In this document: in pieces, positions 20,703-30,808 of the stretch
Layout of the letters: each line of letters opens with the position of its first letter
How positions within the stretch are numbered: position 1 is the first letter of the stretch
Assembly (NCBI GenBank): GCA_964636235.1
Contig: CAZWQV010000004.1
Coordinates: 3,257 to 67,256, forward strand
Direction of reading: 5' to 3'
DNA length: 64,000 bases
Source of the DNA: an uncultured Thermoplasmatales archaeon
GTDB lineage: Archaea > Thermoplasmatota > E2 > DHVEG-1
Program-made: the position numbers and the translations under genes
The notes under the pieces: model-generated
Seen by the model: the letters and a program-made list of their open reading frames with translations, nothing else
The model's database searches: none
Told to the model about the DNA's origin: nothing

Positions 20703-21320
20703 ATGAAGATTTATGCCGCTGCGGATATTCATGGAGCTCAGTTCCGAGTTAATGAAATGATAGATGCCATAACTGCCAATAAACCGGATATTACTGTAAT
20801 TTGTGGTGATATCACCCAGTTTGGCCCGGGGGATATGGCATATTATATTCTTAATCAACTACCAGAACCCATCCTTGTTGTGCCTGGAAATATTGATACC
20901 GAAGATGTAAACCAAGGAATACAACGCAGCAAGGCAATTAATATTCAATTTCAAAGATATGACTTAAAAGGTATTTCGTTTTTAGGTTTGAACGGAGTAT
21001 CGGAACGACAAACAAATGCTTTTTATGATTATGAAGATAATAAAAAATTATTTTCTCATTTGGATGTCCTGGTCACTCATGTTCCCCCATATGGTTTTCA
21101 AGATACTATCTTTCTTGGAAAACATGGGGGAAGTAAAGCATTGCTTACAATTATAAATGAGATCCACCCGAGATTAGTTCTCTGTGGCCATATTCATGAA
21201 AATCCAGGATTCATGAAAAAGAATGATCTTACGGTTATTAATTGCAGTATGGGTAAAAGAGGTAAGGGTGCTATTGTGACCATAGAAAAAGATGATATAT
21301 CTGTTGAGATGATTAGTTAG
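20703..21320 (+). CDS. Metallophosphoesterase (calcineurin-like, YfcE/MJ0936-like)
   Basis: Motifs DIHG, GDITQ, GNID, THVPP, GHIHE. 12 nt after the preceding GT gene, so probably the same operon. Confidence 0.7.
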   Translation: MKIYAAADIHGAQFRVNEMIDAITANKPDITVICGDITQFGPGDMAYYILNQLPEPILVVPGNIDTEDVNQGIQRSKAINIQFQRYDLKGISFLGLNGVSERQTNAFYDYEDNKKLFSHLDVLVTHVPPYGFQDTIFLGKHGGSKALLTIINEIHPRLVLCGHIHENPGFMKKNDLTVINCSMGKRGKGAIVTIEKDDISVEMIS

Positions 21321-23004
21321 CTTTTTTGGTTTGTTGTTGAATCTTTTTCCAAGTATCTTTTAATGATACTGTTCGATTGATGATGAGATGGGTGGCTGTC
21401 GAGTCAGGGTCAATACAGAAATATCCTTTCCGTTCGAATTGAAATCGGTCAAATGCTTGTAATGATTTGATTGCTGGCTCTACTTTACAATTTTTTAGAA
21501 TTTTTAATGATTCTGGGTTTAAAAATGTTTTAAAGTCTTTTTGTTTATCCGCAGTTGGTTCAGGCACTGTAAATAACCGATCGTATAATCTAATTTCAGC
21601 ATCACAAGCATGGGCAGCTGAAACCCAATGAATGGTTGCTTTGACTTTTCGACCATCCGGTGCATATCCCCCTTTCGTTTCAGGATCAATGGTACAATGA
21701 AGTTCGGTTATTTTATCTTCAGTTTTTTTAACATCATTGCAGGTGAGATAATATGCATAACGTAACCTAATTTCTCTCCCAGGGGCTAGTCGATAGAATT
21801 TTTTAGGGGGATTTTCCATAAAGTCTTCTTGGTCGATGAAAATTTCTTTTGAAAATGGGATATTGCGTGTTCCCGCATTCGTATCTTCTGGATTATTTAT
21901 TGCCTCTAATTCTTCAAAACCAGCCTCTTCATAATTATCAATAATCACTTTTAATGGGTGAAGAACTCCCATAAAGCGAGATGCTGTTTTATTAAGATCT
22001 TCTCTAACACAATGTTCAAGAAAATCAATATCAATAGTACTATTAACTTTTGCAACCCCAATTCGTTTGGAAAAATTTCGTATTGATGATGGGGAATATC
22101 CTCTTCTTTTCATTCCACTTATAGTTGGCATTCGGGGGTCATCCCAACCATTGACATAACTACCATCAACCAATTCTTTTAACATTCTTTTACTCATAAT
22201 AGTAAACGACAGATTCAACCTTGCAAATTCAATTTGTTGCGGATGGTAAACTTCTAATTGATCAAGAAACCAATCGTATAAGGGTCGATGATTTTCAAAT
22301 TCTAAGGTACAGATAGAATGTGTTATTTTCTCAATCGAGTCTTCTAAACCATGAGCCCAATCATACATTGGATAAATACACCATGAATCCTTAGTGTTAT
22401 GATGAGACTCATGAAGAATTCTATAAATGATTGGATCTCTCATATTAATATTAGGATGAGCCATATCGATTTTAGCTCTAAGTACTTTCTCACCATTTTC
22501 AAATTCCCCCTGTTTCATCCGTACAAAAAGATCTAGATTTTCTTCAATTGAACGATTTCTATAGGGGCTGTTTATACCTGGTTGAGTAAGACTTCCCCTT
22601 GTTTTACTTATTTCATCTGGTTGTTGATCATCAACATAGGCTTTACCTTTTTTAATTAAATCAATAGCATAGGTGTACATCTGATTAAAATAATCTGAAG
22701 CAAAATAGAGTCTATCCCCCCAATCAAATCCTAGCCATCTTACGTCATTAATAATTGATTGAACGTATTCATCTGTTTCCTTCACGGGGTTTGTGTCATC
22801 AAACCGAAGATTACAGAAACCATTATAATCTTCTGCAATACCAAAATTCAAACAGATTGATTTTGCATGACCGATATGCAAATAACCATTTGGTTCAGGA
22901 GGAAATCTCGTATGAACTCTCCGATTATATTTATTTGTTTTAATGTCTTCATCAATGATATCACGAATGAAATCTTTTTGTTTTTCTGAATCATCCATAC
23001 TCAA
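21313..23004 (-). CDS. glnS: Glutamine--tRNA ligase (bacterial/eukaryotic-type GlnRS)
   Basis: Long collinear stretches match E. coli GlnRS as I recall it: [57 protein letters not shown], and the C-terminal anticodon-binding barrels. HIGH and MSK class I motifs are present. Confidence 0.85.
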   Translation of the reverse strand: MSMDDSEKQKDFIRDIIDEDIKTNKYNRRVHTRFPPEPNGYLHIGHAKSICLNFGIAEDYNGFCNLRFDDTNPVKETDEYVQSIINDVRWLGFDWGDRLYFASDYFNQMYTYAIDLIKKGKAYVDDQQPDEISKTRGSLTQPGINSPYRNRSIEENLDLFVRMKQGEFENGEKVLRAKIDMAHPNINMRDPIIYRILHESHHNTKDSWCIYPMYDWAHGLEDSIEKITHSICTLEFENHRPLYDWFLDQLEVYHPQQIEFARLNLSFTIMSKRMLKELVDGSYVNGWDDPRMPTISGMKRRGYSPSSIRNFSKRIGVAKVNSTIDIDFLEHCVREDLNKTASRFMGVLHPLKVIIDNYEEAGFEELEAINNPEDTNAGTRNIPFSKEIFIDQEDFMENPPKKFYRLAPGREIRLRYAYYLTCNDVKKTEDKITELHCTIDPETKGGYAPDGRKVKATIHWVSAAHACDAEIRLYDRLFTVPEPTADKQKDFKTFLNPESLKILKNCKVEPAIKSLQAFDRFQFERKGYFCIDPDSTATHLIINRTVSLKDTWKKIQQQTKKAN

Positions 23005-23437
23005 TCACCATATAATTTCTCACATTTTTTAAATGGTTTAAATGATAAAGTTGTAGAATCATGGTACAACTTTAATAATTAACATTTCGTAATGAAAAAT
23101 GCAACACATAAGGTTTTTGTTTGAAAAAGAGAATATTTCATCATTATTTAGAAAAAAATTGAAGGGAGGGGAAAAACTAAAAATGAGAATATATAGGGGA
23201 CAAATAAAATTCAACTATTGTTTTTCCCAGTTGCATATCCTTCGACCTTCTTCTCCCTTTATTATATATTTTGTTTCTTCTATTATTTAATATTTCTTGT
23301 TATTTTATAACACGATTATATAAAGGTTTTGCTTATCAATTAAATTGACAATATTTTGTTTAGAGTATTTTCAAAAAGCAAAGTATTTGATTACATCCAA
23401 TCGATAATGAACTATTAATATTTTTTAATAAAAAGAA

Positions 23438-24778
23438 ATGATAAAAAAGAAATTGAGTATCTTAGATATTTTTATTAACTATTGTTACTTATTACTATAT
23501 AAAAAGGGGATAATCGTGAACGGTTTAAATAGAAAGAAAGCTTTTATTATTTTATTATTTACAATTTTTATTATTCCAAGTGTTCCAAGCTATGCCTCTG
23601 ATTCAGCTGATCAATCTTCATTAAGTACACATACTGTACTTGTTGAAGTGGCATCATCTCAGGGATGCTCTGGTTGTAGTAGTTGGAATGCGATAATTAA
23701 TAATGAATTTTTAAATGGCATTTATGATTTTGAATTTGTGGAAATGATTGTATATGATCATTTATGGGATGTATTGAATAATGTAACCTATGATTGGAAT
23801 GAAATGTTTGGAATATCAAGCTACCCCACATCAGTTTTTGATGGTGGATTTGATTTTCTTATAGGTAGTAATCCCACGAATTTACCTGAAGTTTTAGAAA
23901 ACAGTCAGAATAGAACAGTATCGGATATTGATGCGCAAATTCAAGTATTATGGTATCACCCTGCTACATTGAAAGTCAGTATCAACATTACCAACAATGA
24001 ACCTTATACATATGATGGTTCCATCCGTTCTCATATAGCAGAAATAGAATCTCGATATTCTACATCACAAGGCCATTTCTATCATAATGGTTTCCTGGAT
24101 TTTGCGTTTAATAAAAATATCTCTATTCCTCCCTATGGATCATATACTGATACAAAAAGTTGGGACGCAACGTTACATAAAGATGCCCATGGAGATTCAT
24201 TTGGTGATATTGAAAAAGATAATATCAAAGTTTACTTAACAGCTTTTGATAAGAATGGATTATGTGATGAGGTTGTTATCACTCAACCGGTCTACGCTCC
24301 TCAGTATGAAGAAATAAACCAATCTGTACATAATAGAGGATTTCCAATCCGTCATGCTGCTGATGGTGATTGGGGTGCTGCTCAGAATTTTACATCAACA
24401 CAGGATTCGCTAAGTAGTATGCAGATTTATCTTCGTAAATTTGGAACTCCTGAATTCAATTTAAGTATTGAATTACATGAAGATGCGATTACTGGACCAA
24501 TTGTGGAAACCTTTACATTTACGCCAAGTGAAATTCCCAGTTCTTGGAAATGGCTCTCATTAAATATGACCAATGATACAGTTGTGAATGGAAAAAAGTA
24601 TTTTATCACCATTCCACCAGCAACATCTGGAATATCTACCTCATTTGGTTATGAATGGGGTTATGCATTTGGAAACCAATACGACAACGGTGCATTCTGG
24701 TTCACTCGTGACGGAGGAAACTTATGGAGAGATCTTCCGACCATGTATGAATTTACCTTTAAAACTTTTAGATATTAA
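23438..24778 (+). CDS. Secreted hypothetical protein (signal peptide; CxxC pair near the N-terminus)
   Basis: 446 aa ORF. A more likely start is GTG at 23516 (AGGGG SD 6 nt upstream), which gives MNGLNRKKAFIILLFTIFIIPSVPSYA. No family recognised. Confidence 0.45.
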   Translation: MIKKKLSILDIFINYCYLLLYKKGIIVNGLNRKKAFIILLFTIFIIPSVPSYASDSADQSSLSTHTVLVEVASSQGCSGCSSWNAIINNEFLNGIYDFEFVEMIVYDHLWDVLNNVTYDWNEMFGISSYPTSVFDGGFDFLIGSNPTNLPEVLENSQNRTVSDIDAQIQVLWYHPATLKVSINITNNEPYTYDGSIRSHIAEIESRYSTSQGHFYHNGFLDFAFNKNISIPPYGSYTDTKSWDATLHKDAHGDSFGDIEKDNIKVYLTAFDKNGLCDEVVITQPVYAPQYEEINQSVHNRGFPIRHAADGDWGAAQNFTSTQDSLSSMQIYLRKFGTPEFNLSIELHEDAITGPIVETFTFTPSEIPSSWKWLSLNMTNDTVVNGKKYFITIPPATSGISTSFGYEWGYAFGNQYDNGAFWFTRDGGNLWRDLPTMYEFTFKTFRY

Positions 24779-24785
24779 AAAAAAA

Positions 24786-24857
24786 CAGCCCTGACCAGAT
24801 TTGAACTGGTGTCTAGAGATCCAGAGTCTCTGATGCTAACCACTACACCACAGGGCC
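24786..24857 (-). tRNA. tRNA-Gln (anticodon CUG)
   Basis: Manual cloverleaf: acceptor GGCCCTG/CAGGGCT, D-arm with GG, anticodon stem AGAGA/TCTCT, loop CTCTGGA (U33, CUG), T-arm ACCAG-TTCAAAT-CTGGT, discriminator G. No encoded CCA. A T-tract follows. Confidence 0.75.
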
Positions 24858-24878
24858 AATTTTTTATATCTTTTGACA

Positions 24879-24892
24879 TTTATTTTTAATGA
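24879..24892 (-). promoter_or_regulatory. Putative BRE/TATA promoter element for tRNA-Gln
   Basis: Minus strand TTAAAAATAAATG is centred about 28 nt upstream of the tRNA 5' end. Archaeal TATA-like. Confidence 0.3.
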
Positions 24893-24899
24893 ATACAGA

Positions 24900-25991
24900 C
24901 TATTTTTCAAGGAAAATCGTTTGAGTTGGAAATGCCATCTCAATTCCTTCCTTTTCAAACGCTGCTTTCATATCAAGGTTAATCTGCTGTTGAATATCCA
25001 TATATTTTGCGTAATCTTGACTATTGATATAATAGACGATTTCAAATTTAAGACTGAAATCACCAAATTCTTTAAAATGTATCCGGTCAACTTTTGTAAG
25101 TTCGATATTTTCTATTATTTTTCTTACCATCTCGGGTATCTTCTTTAGTTTTTCAGAAGGTGTTCCGTATACAACACCAAAACCGAAACTAATTCGTCTT
25201 TTTCTCATTTTTTTGAAATTCCGAACATTTGTTGTAGTCAAAACGGAATTAGCTAAAACCAGTTCTTCACCCTGTAATAATTGAACCCGGGTCGATTTCA
25301 TACCAATTTTTTTTACAGTTCCAGAATAATCTCCGACAACAATGAAATCTCCTATTTCAAACGGTTTATCAAAATAGATAGAAAAAGCGCTAAATAGATC
25401 ACTTAAAACATTTTGTAAGGCAAATGCAATTGCAATCCCGCCAACTCCAAATCCGACAACTATTCCAGATAAATTAACATTGAATATATATAAAATTACA
25501 AAAAATGCGATTAGATAGATAAAGGCATTTATAATTTTCTTTAGAACAAATAAGATATGTTCACTCATACTTTTTTTTGCACTTTTTTTAGAATACCATG
25601 CAAAAAGAACATTAACAACTCTCGTAATAACAAATGTAATCAGTAAAATTTCAGCAATGGTAAATATTATTCGAATGTATTCTTGATAATTATTAAGTAT
25701 TTCAAAGGCACTTATTCCAAAATAAATACCGACTAAAATAACAAAAAAATAAATCGGTTTTTTGATGTTTTTTAATATTTCATCATCCAGTGTGGTTTTT
25801 GTTTTTTCTGCCCATCTACAAAAATATCGTTCGAAGATATGATAGACAATCCATCCTAGTATAATAAATGATACAAAAATACTAATCGCAGTTATAGATT
25901 GAATTATTATGGGGTCCGCATTTATACCAATACTTCTGAAAAAAGATTCAACGATTTCTAATGTATTTGTACTAATATTCATATGAATCAT
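24900..25991 (-). CDS. Small-conductance mechanosensitive channel (MscS family)
   Basis: N-terminal TM helices plus the MscS beta-domain signature ...GTVKKIGMKSTRVQLLQGEELVLANSVLTTTNVRNF. Confidence 0.75.
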   Translation of the reverse strand: MIHMNISTNTLEIVESFFRSIGINADPIIIQSITAISIFVSFIILGWIVYHIFERYFCRWAEKTKTTLDDEILKNIKKPIYFFVILVGIYFGISAFEILNNYQEYIRIIFTIAEILLITFVITRVVNVLFAWYSKKSAKKSMSEHILFVLKKIINAFIYLIAFFVILYIFNVNLSGIVVGFGVGGIAIAFALQNVLSDLFSAFSIYFDKPFEIGDFIVVGDYSGTVKKIGMKSTRVQLLQGEELVLANSVLTTTNVRNFKKMRKRRISFGFGVVYGTPSEKLKKIPEMVRKIIENIELTKVDRIHFKEFGDFSLKFEIVYYINSQDYAKYMDIQQQINLDMKAAFEKEGIEMAFPTQTIFLEK

Positions 25992-26050
25992 CTTCCCCCT
26001 AAAAAAATAACCCTACTTTAATGTTTCATTTTCTCAATCAACTTCATTTA

Positions 26051-27697
26051 TTATAACATAGGCATATGTAGATCTGATTTTTTCACTACATCAATAGCTT
26101 CTTTATATCCTGCATCCGCATGTCTAATAACACCTATTCCAGGGTCTGTCTTAAATACTCTTTTTATACGTTCATCTGTTTCTTTCGTTCCATCACAAAC
26201 TACTACCATCCCTGCATGAGTAGACAGGCCAATACCAACTCCTCCACCATTGTGGATTTGGACATTATCAGCGCCTGCTGCACAATTTAATAAGGCATTT
26301 AATAACGGCCAATCAGCAATAGTATCGCTTCCATCCTTCATCCGTTCGGTTTCTCTATAGGGGGATGCAACACTGCCAGTATCTAAATGATCCCTTGTAA
26401 TAGCAATTGGGCCAATTTCACCATGCCTAATCAATTTATTAATTCCAAGCGCAAATTTTTCTCGTTCCTCATATCCAAGCCAACAAACTCGTGCAGGCAG
26501 CCCCTCCCATGGAAGATGTTTTTCGGCCAAATTAATCCAATTTGATAAAATAGTATCCATTGGAAACATATTCATTACTAGTCTATCTGTTTTCAGGATA
26601 TCCTCTGGATTTCCAGTTAATGAAAGCCATCTAAAAGGTCCGCGCCCGACACAAAGCATGGGGCGTACATAAGCGGGAACAAAACCGGGGTAATTAAAAG
26701 CATTTTTAAGTCCTGCTTTTTGTGCTTGGCCTCTTAAATTATTACCATAATCAAATACAATACTTCCCTTTTTCTGAAAATCAATCATTGCTTGACAGTG
26801 GATTTTCATACTTTTCAGTGATTCTTTCTTATATGCTTTTGGATCAGATGTACGTAATGCTATTGCTTTATCAAGACTATTGCCATAATATCCTGCAGGA
26901 ACATAACCGTTTAGTTCGTCATGAGCAGAGGTTTGATCAGTTACAATATCAGGCTGGAATCCTTCCTTAACCAATTGTGGAAGCACATCTGCACAATTTC
27001 CTAACAGTCCAATTGCTATTGCATTTCCACGTTGTTTTTCTTTTTCAGCCATATCAATTGCTTCATGAATATCTGCTATCTTTTTATCACAAAATCCTGC
27101 TTTTATTCTCCTATCTATCCGTTTTTCATCACATTCAACATCGATACAAATACCACCGGCCATTTTCACTGCTAATGGTTGAGCACCTCCCATACCACCC
27201 ATACCACCAGTTAAAACAATTTTTCCTTTCAGGTTCTTATTAAAATGTTTTTTTGCTAGAGCTGAAAATGTCTCATATGTTCCTTGAATTATGCCCTGTG
27301 TTCCAATATAACACCATGAACCTGCAGTCATCTGACCGTACATAGTTAGCCCTAATTTTTCCAGCTCATTAAACTTATCCCAATTACTCCAATGAGGAAC
27401 AATATTTGCATTTGCCATTAGTACTCTTGGCGAATTTTCCCACGTTCTAAAAACACCAACTGGCTTGCCTGATTGAATAATAAGCGTTTCATCATTTTCT
27501 AATGACTGTAATGTTTGAACAATTTTATCATAACATTTCCAATTTCTTGCTGCCTTTCCCGTTCCACCATATATAATTAAATCTTCTGGTAATTCAGCAT
27601 TTTCTAGATTATTTTCAAGCATTCGAAGAATCGCTTCTTGTTTCCAACCTTTACAGCGTAATGTTGTTCCTCTTGCAGCTTTTATTTGTTTCCCCAT
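26051..27697 (-). CDS. hutU: Urocanate hydratase
   Basis: 548 aa. Urocanase N-terminus (RGTTLRCKGWKQEA...) and a GGMGGMGGAQP NAD-binding glycine-rich loop. Confidence 0.8.
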   Translation of the reverse strand: MGKQIKAARGTTLRCKGWKQEAILRMLENNLENAELPEDLIIYGGTGKAARNWKCYDKIVQTLQSLENDETLIIQSGKPVGVFRTWENSPRVLMANANIVPHWSNWDKFNELEKLGLTMYGQMTAGSWCYIGTQGIIQGTYETFSALAKKHFNKNLKGKIVLTGGMGGMGGAQPLAVKMAGGICIDVECDEKRIDRRIKAGFCDKKIADIHEAIDMAEKEKQRGNAIAIGLLGNCADVLPQLVKEGFQPDIVTDQTSAHDELNGYVPAGYYGNSLDKAIALRTSDPKAYKKESLKSMKIHCQAMIDFQKKGSIVFDYGNNLRGQAQKAGLKNAFNYPGFVPAYVRPMLCVGRGPFRWLSLTGNPEDILKTDRLVMNMFPMDTILSNWINLAEKHLPWEGLPARVCWLGYEEREKFALGINKLIRHGEIGPIAITRDHLDTGSVASPYRETERMKDGSDTIADWPLLNALLNCAAGADNVQIHNGGGVGIGLSTHAGMVVVCDGTKETDERIKRVFKTDPGIGVIRHADAGYKEAIDVVKKSDLHMPML

Positions 27698-27981
27698 AAA
27701 AATCGGAAGATGTTATTTAGGAATCGCTACTTAAATCTTTGTTCTAATCTAAAAAACCAACCAACTATTCAACCATTGGAAAAGGAAGGTAGGCTGGCCT
27801 CACTAGGAGGGGATGGGATGCACTCTAACAAAAAACTACCAGCCCGATTCCTTCCATCACCACATACGATATTGTGGTATATATGCTTTTCGAATCATTT
27901 ATAAATACATGTAAAAAGGTTCATTGTTTTTGCATTTAATGAAATAATAGAAAAGTATTAATTGCTCATAAATAGAATAAT

Positions 27982-28197
27982 TTATGCAACTGAAATACTA
28001 ACAACATTGTTTCCTCTAAGAATGATTGTCCCAAGCCGACGTTTGTTTTCATCATTCGTTTCTTCAACGTCATTTAAAACCATGTTCATATACTCATCAT
28101 AACCGGAAAGAGTGCCTTCAATCACACGGCCATCTTTTAAGAGAAGAGCAAGTTTTTGATTGACAGATTTTTCAAGAACATCTAATGGTAAAGCCAT
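27982..28197 (-). CDS. Archaeal Sm-like protein (LSm/SmAP)
   Basis: 71 aa. Sm1/Sm2 motifs ([22 protein letters not shown]...[11 protein letters not shown]). Confidence 0.8.
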   Translation of the reverse strand: MALPLDVLEKSVNQKLALLLKDGRVIEGTLSGYDEYMNMVLNDVEETNDENKRRLGTIILRGNNVVSISVA

Positions 28198-28328
28198 AGA
28201 GAGGGTGAAACATATCCTCCTTTTTAAATCATTCCCCCGAAAATTGATATTTCTTAACTCATGAAAGCATAATAATTATAAAGATGGGATTGATTACACA
28301 ATCGCTCTGAATTGGGGAGGAGTATCAT

Positions 28329-29396
28329 ATGACCGATGGAAAAATTATACATGTCGTGGGAACAGGAACAATAGGGGAACCTTTAATTGGATTATTATGT
28401 GATGCCAAAAAAGATCTTGGCATTGATGAAATAACTTTTTATAAACATTCAGCAAAAGAAATTGATAGACCTAAAATAAAAGGGTTAGTCAATCGAGGAG
28501 CTGAGTTATGTGTAAGTGAAGGAAAAATTAAAGATTTCCAAGAGCTTGGCGTAGAACCAGTTTATAATTCTGAAGAGGCAATTAAAAGAGCAGATGTAGT
28601 TATTGATTGCACTCCAAAAGGAACTGGCTTAATGAATAAAGAAAAATATTATAATAAATTTAAAAAAAAGGGAAAAGGATACATTGCTCAGGGTTCTGAA
28701 TTTGGTTTTGGAAAAATGTATGCAGTTGGAATTAATGATGAAGTTATAGATCCTAAAGATCAATTTATTCATGTTGTTAGCTGCAATACACATAATATTG
28801 CGGTATTGATTCATACACTTGCTATGGAAAATAAAAAAAATCATCTTAAAGAAGGAAAATTCCTTTGTATTCGTCGAGCAAATGATATCAGTCAGGTAAA
28901 AAGCTTTGTTCCTTCACCTGAGGTTGGTACACATAAAGACCCGCAAATGGGCACTCACCATGCTGTTGATGTTTATCATCTTTATAAAACGCTTAATATT
29001 GATCTTAATGTGTTCTCAAGTGCATTAAAACTGAATACACAATATATGCATTGCATATGGTATAATTTAAAGTTGGATAAAAAAACTTCTAAAGAAAAAG
29101 TAATTGAAAAATTTATTGAAAATCCACGAGTGGCTGTCACTCAGAAACAAGCTGCTAATCTTGTTTTTTCATATGGTCGAGACCATGGCCATTATGGTAG
29201 AATTCTTAATCAGACTGTAGCGGTTCTTCCCTCTGTTCACGTGATAAATGATAATGAAATATTTGGATTTTGTTTCACTCCTCAAGATGGTAATTCCATT
29301 ATGAGCAGTATTACTATGGCGATGCGTTTTCTTTATCCTGATTCATATACGGATTATATGCAGTGTCTTGATGTATTCTTATTGCAGGAAGTATAA
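28329..29396 (+). CDS. gap: Glyceraldehyde-3-phosphate dehydrogenase, archaeal type II
   Basis: N-terminal GTGTIGEPL Rossmann motif, catalytic VVSCNT, plus RRAND and THHAVDV motifs. GGGGAGG SD 8 nt upstream. Confidence 0.75.
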   Translation: MTDGKIIHVVGTGTIGEPLIGLLCDAKKDLGIDEITFYKHSAKEIDRPKIKGLVNRGAELCVSEGKIKDFQELGVEPVYNSEEAIKRADVVIDCTPKGTGLMNKEKYYNKFKKKGKGYIAQGSEFGFGKMYAVGINDEVIDPKDQFIHVVSCNTHNIAVLIHTLAMENKKNHLKEGKFLCIRRANDISQVKSFVPSPEVGTHKDPQMGTHHAVDVYHLYKTLNIDLNVFSSALKLNTQYMHCIWYNLKLDKKTSKEKVIEKFIENPRVAVTQKQAANLVFSYGRDHGHYGRILNQTVAVLPSVHVINDNEIFGFCFTPQDGNSIMSSITMAMRFLYPDSYTDYMQCLDVFLLQEV

Positions 29397-29447
29397 ATAC
29401 ATTTGGCGATGTGATATTGAATTAAATAAATCAATAAATTTATTCTC

Positions 29448-30710
29448 ATGAGAAAGAAACACAAAATTATTCGTGATTCCATCTATGGTGATATTCGATT
29501 AGATGGAATATTTCAAGAGTTACTGGATAGCCCAGAGATTCAACGACTAAGTTCTATTAAACAGCTAGGTCTTGCACATCTTATTTTTCCTGGAGCTCAT
29601 CATACTCGATTAGAGCATTCGCTGGGGGCATTTTATATGGCTTCAACAATGTCAAATAATCTTTCGATACCATATGATGAAAGATTACATGTTCTTGTTG
29701 CAGCGTTACTTCATGATATAGGTCATGGGCCATTTTCTCATACATTAGAATCATTATTACGGGAACAATTCAATGTAGATCATGTTGACTTAACCCTTCA
29801 ACTTATTAATGGTGATTCTGAGATATTCCAAGATAATGAAAGGTTATCATTAGCCTCTTGTGAAACAGTGGCAGATTTATTAACATCACATCATATTGAT
29901 AAGACTCAAGTTTCTAAAATTATCAAAGGAAAACATAATGAAAAGCCGTATCTTGGTGAATTATTAAACAGTGTTATTGATGCTGACCAAATCGATTATC
30001 TTCTCAGAGATTCTTACTATACGGGTGTTGCTTATGGCATGATTGATAGTCAACGTTTTGTTCAAACATTAGAAATATATAACGATCATCTAGCCCTTAA
30101 AAGGAAAGGGGTTGGCGTTATTGAAAATGTTCTTATGGCTCGGGCTTTAATGTATTCATCAGTTTATTTTCATAAAACAGTTCGGATTGCAGAATTAATG
30201 TTGTCAAAAGCATTTGAACTTATTGCAGAAGTTAAACCATTTGAGTTTTATTTCATGACTGATGGCGAATTAATTGAAGTGTTAAAAACTAAAGGTTCTT
30301 TTCAAAGAGATATTGTAACTCGCCTGAAATACAGGCAGTTGTTCAAACAAGCATATCATTATCGATGTATTCAACATTCAGATGATGAAAAAGCCATAAT
30401 TATTAAAAAGTTGGAAGATTCAGCATATAGACGCAAAATTGAACAATGTTTTGAAGAAACATTAGATATTCCACAAGGTCATATTATAATTGATGCTCCA
30501 TCATTTGATTTACATCAAGCAGAACCGAGAATTCAAGAAATTGACATGCCAATAATTGAAAATGGAACTACCAATACATTAACTTATTATACTCCAGTTG
30601 CAGAAGCAATAAGTATGCGATCGATTCCTGATTGGGATATTATGATAATTACTGATGAGCCATACCGAAAAAAAGTAGAAAAATATGTTGAAGAGATTTT
30701 ATATCAATAA
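29448..30710 (+). CDS. HD-domain phosphohydrolase (dGTPase/SAMHD1-like, COG1078-type)
   Basis: HD motif (RLEHSLG...LLHDIGHGPFSH), a second DxxD motif, and about 420 aa. Confidence 0.65.
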   Translation: MRKKHKIIRDSIYGDIRLDGIFQELLDSPEIQRLSSIKQLGLAHLIFPGAHHTRLEHSLGAFYMASTMSNNLSIPYDERLHVLVAALLHDIGHGPFSHTLESLLREQFNVDHVDLTLQLINGDSEIFQDNERLSLASCETVADLLTSHHIDKTQVSKIIKGKHNEKPYLGELLNSVIDADQIDYLLRDSYYTGVAYGMIDSQRFVQTLEIYNDHLALKRKGVGVIENVLMARALMYSSVYFHKTVRIAELMLSKAFELIAEVKPFEFYFMTDGELIEVLKTKGSFQRDIVTRLKYRQLFKQAYHYRCIQHSDDEKAIIIKKLEDSAYRRKIEQCFEETLDIPQGHIIIDAPSFDLHQAEPRIQEIDMPIIENGTTNTLTYYTPVAEAISMRSIPDWDIMIITDEPYRKKVEKYVEEILYQ

Positions 30711-30808
30711 CGATTTTAACATACCTTACAATGAATGTCATTTTTATAGAATGAAAATATTAACCTTGTGAATAAACGATATGTGATATATGAGGTGAAA
30801 CAGAAACC

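Noticed and set aside
23099-23290. 63-aa ORF in the glnS upstream intergenic region
   Set aside because: Low-complexity, no SD, and it lies in the AT-rich divergent promoter region. Likely non-coding.
24786-24857. Alternative reading of the tRNA as tRNA-Pro(UGG)
   Set aside because: Taking GAGAC as the anticodon stem would give UGG, but the required complementary GUCUC is absent. Only the AGAGA/UCUCU stem closes, which places CUG at positions 34-36 with U33.
27783-27857. GC-rich element as a tRNA (either strand)
   Set aside because: No D-arm or T-arm (no GTTC-like loop) and no acceptor/T-stem geometry could be built on either strand. Kept only as a generic structured element.
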